A DNA stretch of 63,519 nt, the filler included, from Choristocarpus tenellus KU-1152 (taxonomy: Eukaryota > Protista > Phaeophyceae), in the NCBI GenBank assembly GCA_964200185.2. It is 13 parts of 13 records of this genome, joined end to end, with 100 filler letters (N's around TTAATTAATTAA, not from the genome) between each part and the next. Parts side by side here need not be neighbours in the genome. Positions count along the whole stretch, not along the records: positions 4,852 to 20,147 come from CAXNAD020001022.1; positions 20,248 to 24,162 come from CAXNAD020017175.1; positions 24,263 to 29,967 come from CAXNAD020009958.1; 10 more parts are not named here. One strand, 5' to 3'. The notes beneath the pieces are model-generated. The model did not search any database, had not been told where the DNA came from, and saw nothing but the letters and a program-made list of their open reading frames with translations. A program made the position numbers and the translations under genes. This document shows positions 12,501 through 24,611 of this stretch, one piece after another (the first letter of the stretch is position 1; every line of letters begins with the position of its first letter).

Positions 12501-15500
12501 GCACTAAAACAACACCATGTGACACAATATACTCCCCATAAACACGCACATTTTATATTTCAAGTCCTCACCTCTGATCACACTACAAACACCATCGAGA
12601 CCCCAGTTTCATTCCCATTAGAAAAAAAAATAATGTCTTCTCCATACTCCCCCCCCACCCTCCGACCCCCCACAGGCGGGCAGGTGTTTACAAGGCACAT
12701 ACCCCTCCTGCCCCTTCACCACACCTTTGCAGGCACACCATGGTCGTCCATAAATTTCCCATACTCCTCAAGAATCTCCTCTATTGTCCTCTCATCGCCT
12801 TTCCCCCCATCCCCCTCCTCTTCCTTCCCCCAGCCCTCTCCACTCTCCTCTCCACCAGGGTCTGCCAGTCTGCCCAGGTGTGAGGTTGGGACTGGGAGCA
12901 GGCAGCGCGCAAGGTCCTCCTCAGAGTAGGCAAATCTTCGTACCTGAAACCTCCTCGGTGGCAAAAACCCTTTGGTAAGATCCTTAAAAAAAAATAGTTG
13001 GTATTAAAAAAAGCCATGCGCATTGGAGCAATCTATCACAACTTCTTCACAAGACACATTGAGATTCCTTGAGCACATAAATCTTTGTGGTGAAGGCATA
13101 CAGGAGGGACTACACAGCAAACACAAGTTTCAGAATCATGTCCGGATCCCCAGCTTGTATCATGGATTAATCAAGTCAAGTCAAGTCACATGGAGGATCT
13201 CAGATCCACGGTCTGATGATACACAACGGACCCTGGATTAGGACTAAATTTTGGTGAAGTCCTGGGTCCAGTCTCTTCACCAGGGTGTGAGACACAAGAG
13301 CAGGCGCCATGTGTTGTCTAACTTCTACTCAGGACACAGATTGGGCCATGGGTCTGGGTCTACCGTACAACCCAGAGGCCCCTAGTTGTGGTGTGAGTCC
13401 TGCTGTAGTCACTAGTTCACGAGGGTTTATCATCGAAGAGCAACATAAAGAATGTCAGCTACTTCAACAAATCAGCAAAAGAGACGCCGACAGCACTGTG
13501 ACTGGATGCTTGACAAAACAAAAAAAATGGGAGTGGAAAAGTGAAAGCAAAACAATGAGCACACAATGCCAAATATAAAAAAAAGAGAGGAGAGTGTTGC
13601 TAGGGGCGGGGGGGGGGGGGGGGGGGGGGGGGGCAAGGGACAATCCTCGATCCCAATCGAGAAAAGAGAGAAGAGGAAAGGGTCAACACACCATGGGCAA
13701 CGTCTCACCCCATGAGCACCATCTCACCCTACTTATCCCTGCCATCTTCCCCCCACACAATACCCACTAAGTTCCTTTCTCACTGCGTCATGTGAAGGAT
13801 GAGATCCTGGATAGAGCGCCATGACACGACCCCGACAGCCCATCCGATCCAGCACCGCTGCTGTCACCACGCCCATGCATGAGTCCAACAACAGCACCTT
13901 CAGTAGAGTAACAAATTTTGGTGGGGATAACAACACAATGTTGTAATGAGAGGGAACACACCGAGCAGATACATGCGCATTTTTTTTTTTTTCTCAAAAT
14001 CAACAAGGCAGTGGTCCCAAACCAAACCCAGCTGTACTCACCCGGCCATACCCTCTGCAGTGCTGCCACATAAAGCGGCGATAAAACCATGAACAAAGAG
14101 TCACAAAACCATGTAACACCCAACACAGAACATGAAATACCAGGGCCCAAGCTGCAAAAGTGGGTGGTGGGGTGGTGCAAGGAAGGTTTGGGGGGTGGGG
14201 GTGGGAAATTGTCTCACAAGTGCGTACAAACCTGGGCGCCTGCAAAGACGTTGGCATTGGATAGGATGAGAGCCAATGTGTCGCTCCGTAGACCACTGTC
14301 CTTGTCGTCAAGGAGGGGAAAGTGGAGGGGGAGGAAGGGAGGGAGTATGAGTATATGTAAAAGTTGTGCATTTTCTCTCCTTTTCACCAACTTTGACTGA
14401 CGGGGATGTTCCTGCCAATGCCTTTCTGCCATACACCCAAGGTGCTGAAGTTAGTTGTAGTGTGGTTATTGAACTCTAGATTTTGTCAGTCTGTATCCTC
14501 CGCGTCATTTTACTTCCCAGAATGAGGTATTCCCATGCAGTGGCAAGACCCTCTTTCCCATTACAGGCCACAAGAAGAATGAAGTACTACATACTCAAGG
14601 TATACTATTATATAGTGCTCTAAAGAACTGCCCTAACCCTAATTGCACCACACATACAATCCTTGTTTCCCTGTTCACCACTCCTCTCCCTCTCCTTTTC
14701 CACTCATGACACACACAGGTGCAATGCATGCATATTGTACTACATGAAACTCACCACACTTTGTCCCGGTGCTTTACAAAGTATGCATCACAGAGGCTGC
14801 TGCCGGTGACTTTCATGGCCCTGATTCGGGGACGGTATCTGTAGCAATCGGGCAAGGTGTGCTTATCACAAGGGAGCACTAGGCAGAGGCCGGCACAAGG
14901 GAAGCAAATCGATTGAAACCGGGAGGCCCTTTGGCAATTTACCAAGTTCCATGAAGTCAAGTGGACCAAACATGCAGTGAGCATGAGGTGCACCAGTAGG
15001 TTGCCATTTCTCATTGCTTTTGTGCCATCTTTTCTCTATCGGTCTACTCAAGTGCTGAACAGCTCTACTCAGGAGAGTGAATTCTTGATTGGCTCTTTAC
15101 TCATAATTTCAGATCCAGTCCAGCCTCAGAAGACACCCAAAACAGTGCTCTGTCTATGTATTGAGAAGGCTGTTTGTCAACTAAAATCGTACGGTACTTC
15201 GCGAAAAGGCAAGCCGAGGTGTGATATGCTCAATGGAATAGGAGTAGGCACAAAAAGGAAAAGAGCCACAATAAGCCAGCACACCAAGTTGAAGTAGACC
15301 ATTTGTCAAATATATTGCACAACAAACATGAAAAATGACCCTCTAAGTGAAGGAATGGATCCCAGAGTCCGAAGGCATGGTGATGGAGCAATATCTGGTC
15401 GATCTTTGGGCAAACAATTCCAAAACTTAGTGCAGAAAAAACTATACACTGAAGGGAGCTACACCTAAGCACCTTACAAATACTGAACCTAACATACACA

Positions 15501-16825
15501 TTTAGGGTAGCGTCGGATGGAGGGAAGAGATCAAATGGGATGGACTGTCTGTTCCATGAACAATCTCACTTCTGCTGCTTTCGCCTGAGCCACTTTGCTT
15601 GACTGTACTGGGTCTTGTTGCCCCAGGTATCACTGTTCTCCATCAATGCCTGTCACCCAACCGCAAAAAAGAAAGAAGGCACACATCAACCAATGAAAAT
15701 GGTGTAAAGTAGATTGCTTGAATTGGAGAAGTGGACCATACCCGTTGTTCATGTAACATAGCTCAGTTGGAGTGGGGTGGGAGGGTTAACGAGTTTACGT
15801 ACCACGTGGAAATAGACAGTAACAGAGGCTATAATTACTCCCATCCCTATTAAACTGATACCCCAAGCATTTTTTTCTTTTCCGCACCTCAATGATAGCC
15901 TGTCCCCCCATTCCCCCTTCCTTCATCTTCCTTATGTCTTCCTCCTTTAGCTTCTGGGCAGTATTAGTGTCCACGAAGTTGCGGTTGTCGTTTACAACCT
16001 GATCCAGGGTCACTGAAAGTTTTGAAGACGCCGTGGGTGGGAGGGTTGTTCGACATGTTAGCCCCCGTACGCAATACAATATAAGCAGCAACGAAGCCCT
16101 GAAGACATACTACTCGTTTTCATGTGATGTGTCTCTAGGGTATCACCAAAGGGAGTGGTGTATGTGTACCATGGTATGGAGACAACCAGTCCTGGCAACT
16201 GTGGGGTATCAATTTATTATTGACCAGCACGAACTGCTCACACGCTTCTAGCTCACTTACATAACTGATCCCCAATTCAACTTAAGTCACGAAAATTCGG
16301 GGAAGGGAAGTTCCTTGCAGATTTGGGGTGCAAGGGCCACATCAAATGATCCATAGTTACACTCTTAATATGTCGACTAACCACCAAACCATAACACACT
16401 GGGTAATGAAGATAACGATCCAATAGGAAAAGATCAAAATGACACCTGTGTCGTCGAAGTCAGGTACGAGGTCTCCCTCTCCCTCCACCTTGATAAGGTG
16501 ATGCCGGTCCAGCTCGAACACTGTGCCATACTTCTCGCCAATCACAGGCTTCATGTTGACATTCATTCTACCAATAGTCGCCGAGCTGGCAGGGAATACG
16601 AGACGAACAATGGCATCCGATGAGGTTCCGATTGACGTTGAGGTTCGGAATGGTTGTCGACCACTCAAGGAGAAGAATCGTCGAAGCCCAGTGACCCTTG
16701 ATCGAGACAATTACTCACCCATTGGTTCCAATGTCGAGAAAGAAAGTACGACCATCGCTGTGCTCGACCAGAAGGGATTCACCTTCACTCACGCACTCAT
16801 CATCGGGCATCCCTTCATCCGGCAT
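6925..16825 (-). CDS. TRM6: tRNA (adenine(58)-N1)-methyltransferase non-catalytic subunit TRM6/GCD10, complete, 12 exons, 469 aa
   Basis: Exons 16719-16825, 16446-16585, 15888-16012, 15570-15649, 14755-14838, 14232-14295, 13784-13897, 12725-12943, 11970-12041, 9245-9379, 8561-8647, 6925-7107 total 1410 nt, all GT-AG and phase-consistent. Motifs: DNRNFVDTNTAQKL, KTQYSQAKWLRRKQQKY, GLRSDTLALILSNANV, PSRPFVVYSEFIEPL, WMREFQVLPGRTHP..MSSSGGYLL. Confidence 0.95.
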
Positions 16826-17073
16826 AGGAATCTGGGGTGTTTGGTGGTCTGGGAAAGGGCTGGTTTTGTGGGTTAGTGTTTGGTGTCACTTCAAAAAAAT
16901 CGAGTCTTGGAATTTGTAGGGTTGTTGGATATTGACATTTACACAAAATATCATCACATCAGCATTATATTTCGATTTTTATTTAAAGGTTGGTTATTCG
17001 GCCACCTTTCCAATAAAGCTTAGTATAGTAATGATCGTGTATCCATATAGTATTGGTAACTTGAGTTGCCACC
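16826..17073. promoter_or_regulatory. Putative bidirectional promoter / 5' UTRs between TRM6 and the DOT1-like gene
   Basis: Only 248 bp between two divergent ATGs; the second has a strong context (GCCACCATGA); AT-rich centre. Confidence 0.6.
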
Positions 17074-19724
17074 ATGACTGATACTAACCCTGAACCAGCA
17101 AAGTCCCTAGACGAGAAGAATGATGCTCCCCAGGCTGACTTCCAAATCGACGCGACTCAAGTTGCAGAGCCCTCAGCTGAACCAAATGCAGGGGATGTAG
17201 TCGACAGAGAATCTGAAGGAGTTGAGTCGAGGAATGACACAGATGGTGGAACCTCAGGATTGGTAATGGATGGAGGGGACCATACTTCGGCTGCAGAATC
17301 AATAGATGAGCCGACTCCGACCCGTGCAAGCCAGCAAGCCAAAAAGAAGGAACTGGAAAGGAAGGCGGATGCTCTGTTGCAGGATGCTCTCCTTGGTGAG
17401 GAGGCAGTCTTGATGTTATTGTTCTTTGTCCAAGCGAGATCTCATTGTCTGTTCAAGTGGTAAGGAAAAGTTGAACCTCTCTAAGCAGCTGTGCATTGTC
17501 AAAAAATGGATCTCTATATGTGTTAGTTTCCCATCAGTCCGTGCGGCGTGATAAATACCCACTTACCGACGCTTGGCAAGGATTGGTTTACTTTCTCTGT
17601 ATATTTGCCCAGCCGAACTGACTTAGTCCCTGTGCCATTGTATGTCACCAATCCTATCCTGTGGAGTGTAACCCATATCATTTGCTCCATAGCCGTACCG
17701 CTTTTTCGTTCTTTATGGAGCTACCGTTACAACGCTGTTCCTGGTGGGACTCTGAAGCCCCAATGATACTCCTCGTCACGTGTATGCCCCAACATTGATA
17801 GCGATGGAAGCGATGAAGAGGAGAACAGAGCGCTATTGTGAGGCACCCCAAGATGAATTTGCGATAGATATGGGTGGGCTTGAGGTGCGACGTTCAGATG
17901 CAACCAATACTATTCCACCTATTGTATTCTCCATGTTGTCCAATTAATCCTCACCCACTTCCTCACACTTACCTTAGTGTATTTAAAGGATGCGATGCAA
18001 GGGAGTTGTTTGAATGCATTCTCTTCCTCCATCCACGCTCTTTTTTCATCATTGTGCCGAGCGCCCTGGTGTAGACCTTGGTTGACCTTGCAAACCTCTT
18101 TCCGACCTCTTCCCCCATCTTGAATGCTGGAGATGACTCATAACGTGATCTTCTCACTGCAAGAACACCTTATTTTCCAATGCATCCTGATGACCCTCAG
18201 TTACTCATCCTCTACCCACAGTGACCGATATCCCTAACTCCAGGTGACCAAGGAACTGGCTATCTATGACAGGTTGTTTGCATCACACCCAACGTCTGTG
18301 GGCAAGGCCATCTCCAAGAAGGAGAGGTAAGAAAGCTCAGACAACGGCAAATCCTGAACTCCGACTCAGTCACTATGGACTGACTGGAGTGGTGTGTCTC
18401 AGAGAATGACCCAACATAGAAACTTCAGTTCCTGATTTCAAGAAGTTTGGAATGCCACACATGAATGCAATCAGATACTTGCTTTCCCTCGCCTCCCTCT
18501 CCTTAGTTACAAGTCCTTTCCTCAACAGGGACCGGTGAAGCTGCATTACTCCATAGCTTGGACATGTCCCCCCAGTACCACTGCAGGATAATATTAATAG
18601 GGGGCTTATCGCACATCCACCAGAACTTTGATGTTTAATTTTTTCAACGGAGGGCAAATATCTGCACTCACTATATATGCATCTGTACTTGTCCACTTCT
18701 CCTTTTTTTCTCTATGTCAGTGTTCGTTGTCTTTACTGGCAACCCCCTCCCAACCATCTTTTCAACAAATCAAAGTAATGAGAGGTGCCCAAAGTGACTT
18801 TTTAAGGATAGGTGCAAGATTCGACTTCTTTTACAAATATGTACAGGATACTTTTTTTCCGAATTGTATCGAAACAATTTCCAAACAACAGAGAAATAGA
18901 TGCTCTCAAATCAACGTTGGAATCTCGTCTACATAAATACGGGTGAAATTCGAAAGACTGAAAAAAACAGACTTCAAACATGAACCAGTCAAAAAACGAC
19001 CTGGGTGCCTCTAGTGTACTTTATATCAACGTCTACTGTTTTGCTCTGCTTGACCCGTCGCCATCGAAGAAAACTTGTGTTGATAACTCTTATCCTCGCG
19101 GCCCCCTGTGCTTGCAGGTCTGCCAGTCAAGTTTTCCCATGCCAAGTGTTCAAGGGTGTGTTGTTTTGTTCTCCATCTCTCTCTCTCCACGTGTTGATAA
19201 TCTTCCGTGTTGCTCATGAGTCTTAACTCTTTTCTTGTGCTCCCCAAGGGAAGAAACCAAGCAAACCCGCGGAGCAAATCTGGTGTACGGAGAGATCACC
19301 TTCGAGGCGTTTGTGTTAACCCTTGACAAAATACGATCTGTTTACGGGCGACCCGGGGTGGGTGACAGCGGGCCGGAGGGTGTTCTGCAGTGCCCTGGAG
19401 GCGTGTTTTATGACCTTGGGTCTGGGACAGGGAAACCGGTGAGTAATGTTGTCTTTTTTCATCATAGCAATAGCACCTTTTTTGTTGCTAAGGGGCGGAG
19501 AACACTGAACAATATTTTTTTGTTGACATTAGAGAACAGGTTCTGTGTAACTGTAAGAAGTGTCCTCAGCATACACACACACACACACATGCGCATGCGC
19601 ATGCGCATAGCACATATTTGATGCACAGTATGTGCATTTTAATCCATGCACACGGGCGCATTCTTGAAGTATGTTGCAGTTATGAACAAGTATCCTCAAG
19701 CATGACACAGTAGCATTTAGAGGT

Positions 19725-19765
<41 letters not shown>

Positions 19766-19914
19766 TCCACCCTCTCTGGTCCCAGTCCCTTGCACAATCA
19801 ACCAAGGATTGGTCAACTCATTGGAACCCCAACAATCGATGAATAAACCGATTGCCGCCGCAGGTCATTGCAGCAGCCATTTTGCATCAGTTCGACAAGG
19901 TGGTGGGTGTGGAG
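17074..19914 (+). CDS. Class I SAM-dependent methyltransferase, DOT1-like domain; 3' end truncated by contig end
   Basis: Exons 17074-17395, 17802-17842 (GC donor, tentative), 18244-18326, 19249-19438, 19864-19914. Motifs LVYGEI, FYDLGSGTGKP|VIAAA..HQFDKVVGVE after an acidic N-terminus. Confidence 0.8.
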
Positions 19915-20098
19915 GTACGGAATACAATCATAGTTGAAGTGGCTATTCAGGCGTTTTGCCTTCCAGGGTGGTTACAATGTTACAAACTCCATCACCACTG
20001 AGTGCAGAGTGTGAGAGGTTATGCTGCCTCTTTGTAGAGTCTTCTATTTTTGTGTGGTAAATGTTGTGGAATTTGAGGTGCTCACACCTTGCGTTTCT

Positions 20099-20137
<39 letters not shown>

Positions 20138-20247
20138 ACCCCCACCCNNNNNNNNNNNNNNNNNNNNNNNNNNNNNNNNNNNNNNNNNNNNTTAATTAAT
20201 TAANNNNNNNNNNNNNNNNNNNNNNNNNNNNNNNNNNNNNNNNNNNN

Positions 20248-20395
20248 TATAGTGTGTATGTTGTGAAAAAGGTGTGTGCGGAACATAGATATTGACACTT
20301 CCTAACAAACAAGATAGCAAAAATGACATCAAAATCGAAACATGGATTGTGACTCCCAAATGGACGCGGCTCTACCCTCTAAGATACTTTGACTC
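20248..20395 (+). mobile_element. MITE family B, right half (cut by contig start)
   Basis: GACACTTCCTAACAAAC...CCCAAATGGACGCGGCTCTACCCTCTAAGATACTTTGACTC. Confidence 0.85.
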
Positions 20396-20664
20396 AGCTA
20401 TTTCTCCCTCTTATTGTGGTAGACTTCCCTGAAAAATCAATTTAATCGAAATACGGCAAAACACACAGCACAACAAAGAAGAATTAGTGCATTGCTCTGA
20501 TGGCATCTGCGTCATTTATCTGAGGCCCTAGCCGACAAAAAACAAACTGGCGGTGTCTTCCACACTAAGTAGGCACAACTATGAATATCACAGTGGTGAG
20601 GGATAGCATGCACTGCTACATGTGTGCAAGATTGGGAGGTAAGTGGTAGGGATGAGGGACTCAC

Positions 20665-21498
20665 CAGGGTTACGCATGCCAACACAGCTGTGTAGAGTCT
20701 ACCAAGAACAACAAGGCTGACGACAAATACTGCCACCAGGGCAAGTGCAAAGTTAACGAGGATCTCCTTATATCTGGGATCATACAAAGACGAGAGGGAA
20801 AAGAGAGGATCAGGACAAAAAACAAGTCACGTATTAGCGCATCAACTCTTTTTCGGTTGATTGCACTTTGTGAGCAATAGATTAACCTGTGATGGGGAAA
20901 CGGAGTCAAATCATCTTACTCCTAACTACCAACTATTGCACTGTTATGGTTGCACAAACATAACAACACGGTTGCAACCAGTGCCCATGGTATCCTGGAG
21001 GAGAGTGTGTTAAGGTCAGGTCATCCATTTGGGGCTTGATGGAATATTATAAGAGCACCCCAGTTTCACGCCCGTTCTACGGGAATTTTCCTTCAAATGT
21101 GGTCTAAGCAGGGGGGGTGGGAAAGGAAGGTGCGTCCAGATGAAGAAATTTACCCTTAAACCTGACATGTTCACTCTAGTTCTAAGGCCCTGAATGGACG
21201 CCTGACCCTCCTTCCAAGATAATATAGGCAACGATAGGAAAATAACAAGCGCTCAAGTTGAGGCGATCTTAGTGCTAAGCTTCTGGGAAAGGGCTGCAGA
21301 ACAAGGTGATGGAAATGTGACAAAGCAGGCCTCTCACATTACAAGCAATTGCTCAGTGAAGACGAAAACAGGGCTGAAGGCAAATGGTTCCGGGGTCAGG
21401 TTACTGTTGTCCATGACACCACGAATGCTCCTGATGGCCTCCACACTACCTTCAACAGTCTTGACATCTAGTAATATGAACATCCCACTGCGACTTAT
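20665..21498 (-). CDS. Patched/NPC1 (RND) family membrane protein, two internal exons
   Basis: Exons 21338-21498 and 20665-20773 splice in frame: ISRSGMF...PEPFAFSPVFVFTEQLLVI|YKEILVNFALALVAVFVVSLVVLG, the pattern at the start of the C-terminal TM block of Patched/NPC1-like proteins. Confidence 0.8.
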
Positions 21499-21899
21499 CT
21501 TCCCGATTTAACCAATGCGAATGCAGAGGAGGGTATGGGTTAGACTTGATATCAACCGTTTCAATCTGTTTGGATGAATTGAGTAAGTAGACCAGTTCAT
21601 GAGAAACCACAGAGCAAGAATGATGTGATGGACACACAACCAAGAAGTAGGGTGGCTGAACGTAGTACACAAGAAGCAAGAAATAATGAGGCATGGAAGT
21701 AGACGTAGTGTAAAGAGAGAATAGATCATGTTACTTAAGGAGAAGGTGTGAAGTGTGCAGTCCTCTGACCTCGGGTTGGGCAATATTTTTAGACTGAAGA
21801 AAATATACCAATTACAGTGTAACAGCTGCACAGTGTAGATTATGGCGAGCCACTGCATAGCCGCAAAACCTCGGTGTGCCTACCACATACTTTGGCAAT

Positions 21900-23565
21900 G
21901 CCATACACAGGAAACGACCGCTACACAATTCTTTAATTCACACTGGAACCACCACAATTCAACTTGACACAACTACCAGTGTGGGGATCCATCTGCATGG
22001 AATACTTGTCACTATAAACCTGATGGAGAGGATGAAATAAAGATACTGTCTTTTGACTGCCACAGGCTCGAGGATAATAAGAGTGGTAATAATATATGAG
22101 TCAGGATGAGCCTGTCATTGTATCAATTAATTCCTCTGCTCTATCTCACGACCTTAGGGAGCTTACACCTTCCTGCATGCTACTGCTGCCAAGAGAGTTG
22201 GGTGGTAATGCCCTGTCCAGCACATTCTATTTATCAAAAGACCACAGCAGGTGGCGCTGGCAAACAGGCATAGCTATGTTTGGTCGAGAATGTCAAAGTG
22301 CTGGACCTGTTCAGCGAAAAATAAAGAACCACGTCAATATAGCGGAGAGATTTTGTGCTAATGTGAAGACCATCTCGCAGAATAGGGCCAGCAATAATAA
22401 CGATCAGAAACAGCTTTTTACTGGTGCTAAGATCGATGAGATATCAGTTCAGAAACCACAGTTCCAGGAAGTATCTTTGTTTGGTATGTTAAAAGCATTA
22501 ATTTTGTTCTTCAACTGCCTTGCCATGGTAATCAACAGTAATATTGTGACTAGCTGCAGACTGTCGTCATGTCCCTCTCACTGACTCAAGTGGATGAAAA
22601 CGTAATGGGCATTGTTCAGGAAGCCAGCATAGCGTACCCTTTGTTGAATTGAGATACTCCATATCATTTAGGTCCAAGACCAGAGTACAAGTTCTTTGTC
22701 AAAGATACTCCTTGGGGCATACATCAGATACTTCGGACGTGTATATGATTAGTTATAATAACAAAAAATGCCCTTGAAGAGAATTTGCCGAGATGTTTGT
22801 TCCACATGAGTGCTTAGGACATTTATCAGTTAACTGTGCTAAATGAAGTATCGATCCATTGGCGATTATCGTGCCCTCCTTGAAGAAACAGGAACTACTC
22901 TGCAAAGAGTACTCGTGATGAGAGGTGCTCTGCAGACTCACCAGGGCAATTTTATTGTAGTACGTTCGTTACATGTGGTGGAACAAAATAAGACTGAATG
23001 ATACGGTGTATTCCAGGAACGTTTCCACATCTGCATAGAATGCTTGCTGTTACTAGACTTCAGAGGTATAAGGATAAGGTTTTGGGGATTTTTTCTTGAC
23101 GTCTGTTGTACGGGATTGTTCTACACGTCTACAGGTGGACAAGAGGGAGTCTCACATGATCACTTCCAATTTCAACCAGGATTGGAGTTCGGATTGAAGG
23201 GACCAATGGTAAATAGATAATATCGTAAGCCATATTACACCTTTAACTTCTGGGGTGCACCTGAGATTCAGATAAAGTGCTCTGTATAGAGGCTTGGAGT
23301 CTTATGATAGCGAGGAGGTGACCCAGTGCACTGAAAGTCCAAAGTGATAATACTAGTTATGTTCTCTACAAAAATACTTTTTGATACTCTATATTACTGT
23401 AATATTCGGTGCTGCACTGTAGGATAGTGATGCATGCACTGATAAGAGGTTTGAAACTTAGTGGTTAAGTTTGTTGATGTATTAGCACAGAATACATTCC
23501 ATTCAGGTGCACATCGTGTTCACTCAAGGAGGAGCGAGATCGAGATCTTGAAAGGGGGCGACAAC
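21900..23565 (+). mobile_element. Highly decayed Ty3/gypsy-like retrotransposon remnant
   Basis: Broken fragments resembling RNase H (HHN, GEDE), integrase (VQDQST, GPMV) and chromodomain (RFET*WL); ends in PPT-like TTGAAAGGGGGCGA at about 23548-23561. Many stops and frameshifts. Confidence 0.35.
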
Positions 23566-23607
23566 TTTAGGCTATAGATGATGTAGAGTCAAACGCCAGT
23601 CACCTGT

Positions 23608-23788
23608 GACCCAAAGTACCTGGGGGGAGGAGGGGGGTCTACACCAGGGTGTCCATTTGGGCCATGACCAGGAAAAGTGCACTTACCTTATCCATCCAAT
23701 GTATGCAACCAAATCACACAAAAATCGCGACATGACAAAAAATGACCCCAAATGGACACCTGCCACCCCCTCCCAGATACTTTGAGCC
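23608..23788 (-). mobile_element. MITE family A, full length
   Basis: GACCCAAAGTACCTGGG...CCCAGATACTTTGAGCC, flanked by CTGT on both sides. Confidence 0.9.
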
Positions 23789-23989
23789 CTGTACAATAGA
23801 AAAAATAAGCAAGTCTCCAGTCTACGTCACCAACTGTGTCGCATAAGGCTGAGACATACTGAGTCTGTATACAAACTACAGGTTACCAATCCATGGACAA
23901 GAACAACAACGAACATGAAGAGTGAACAGTGAGATGAGAACATCCAATACAGGTTCATATACAGAAGGTATGGTGGACATGGGTGTTCA

Positions 23990-24162
23990 GGCTCAAAGTA
24001 TCTGGGGGGGGGAGGTGGCGGCTGTCCATTTGGGGTCAATTTTTTCATTTCGCGATTTTTGCGTCATTTGGTTGCATACGTTGGATGGATAATGTAAATG
24101 CGCCTTTCCTGGTTATGCCCCGAATGGACACCCTGGTGTAGACCCCCCTCCCCCCCCAGATG
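23990..24162 (+). mobile_element. MITE family A, nearly complete (contig ends inside right TIR)
   Basis: GGCTCAAAGTATCTGGG...GTGTAGACCCCC..CCCCAGAT. Confidence 0.9.
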
Positions 24163-24611
24163 NNNNNNNNNNNNNNNNNNNNNNNNNNNNNNNNNNNNNN
24201 NNNNNNTTAATTAATTAANNNNNNNNNNNNNNNNNNNNNNNNNNNNNNNNNNNNNNNNNNNNGTTTCCCTGAAAGAGTTTTTAATATATTTTATTTAATA
24301 TGTTTTAACTTCCCCCCCCCCCCTCCCCACCCTTACAACTGTAGTTTGGGTAGCACTCTTTTTTTCTTTTTTGTGAAGTGTACGTTTGTTGGTTAGGAAG
24401 TGTTGGAGCAGTGTTTCTTTAAAGAAAAAAGGTCTCTCTGTACTAGGTTTTTCTTTTTATATAATGTTTTATGTCTATTTTTTTTAATGGTGCTCATTGC
24501 CGTTACACTATTGTCTATAATTTTGCTAGTTTTCCATGACATACTTGTTGACTTTTGTGCAACCCTAACCCCTGACCTGGTCTCATGGAAAAAACCCCCA
24601 ACTGTAAGCAG

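Noticed and set aside
18222-18243. In-frame TAA upstream of VTKELA suggesting readthrough or a variant genetic code
   Set aside because: Explained as intron sequence before the CAG acceptor at 18243; TAA terminates the RING gene normally at 4587.
21272-21511. Plus-strand ORF as retroelement RT or a separate gene
   Set aside because: It is the antisense shadow of the Patched/NPC1 exon on the minus strand.
23827-24048. Recurrent ORFs starting MKKLTPNGQPPPP (also 46084 and 60208) as a peptide family
   Set aside because: They are translations of MITE family A running into unrelated flanks.
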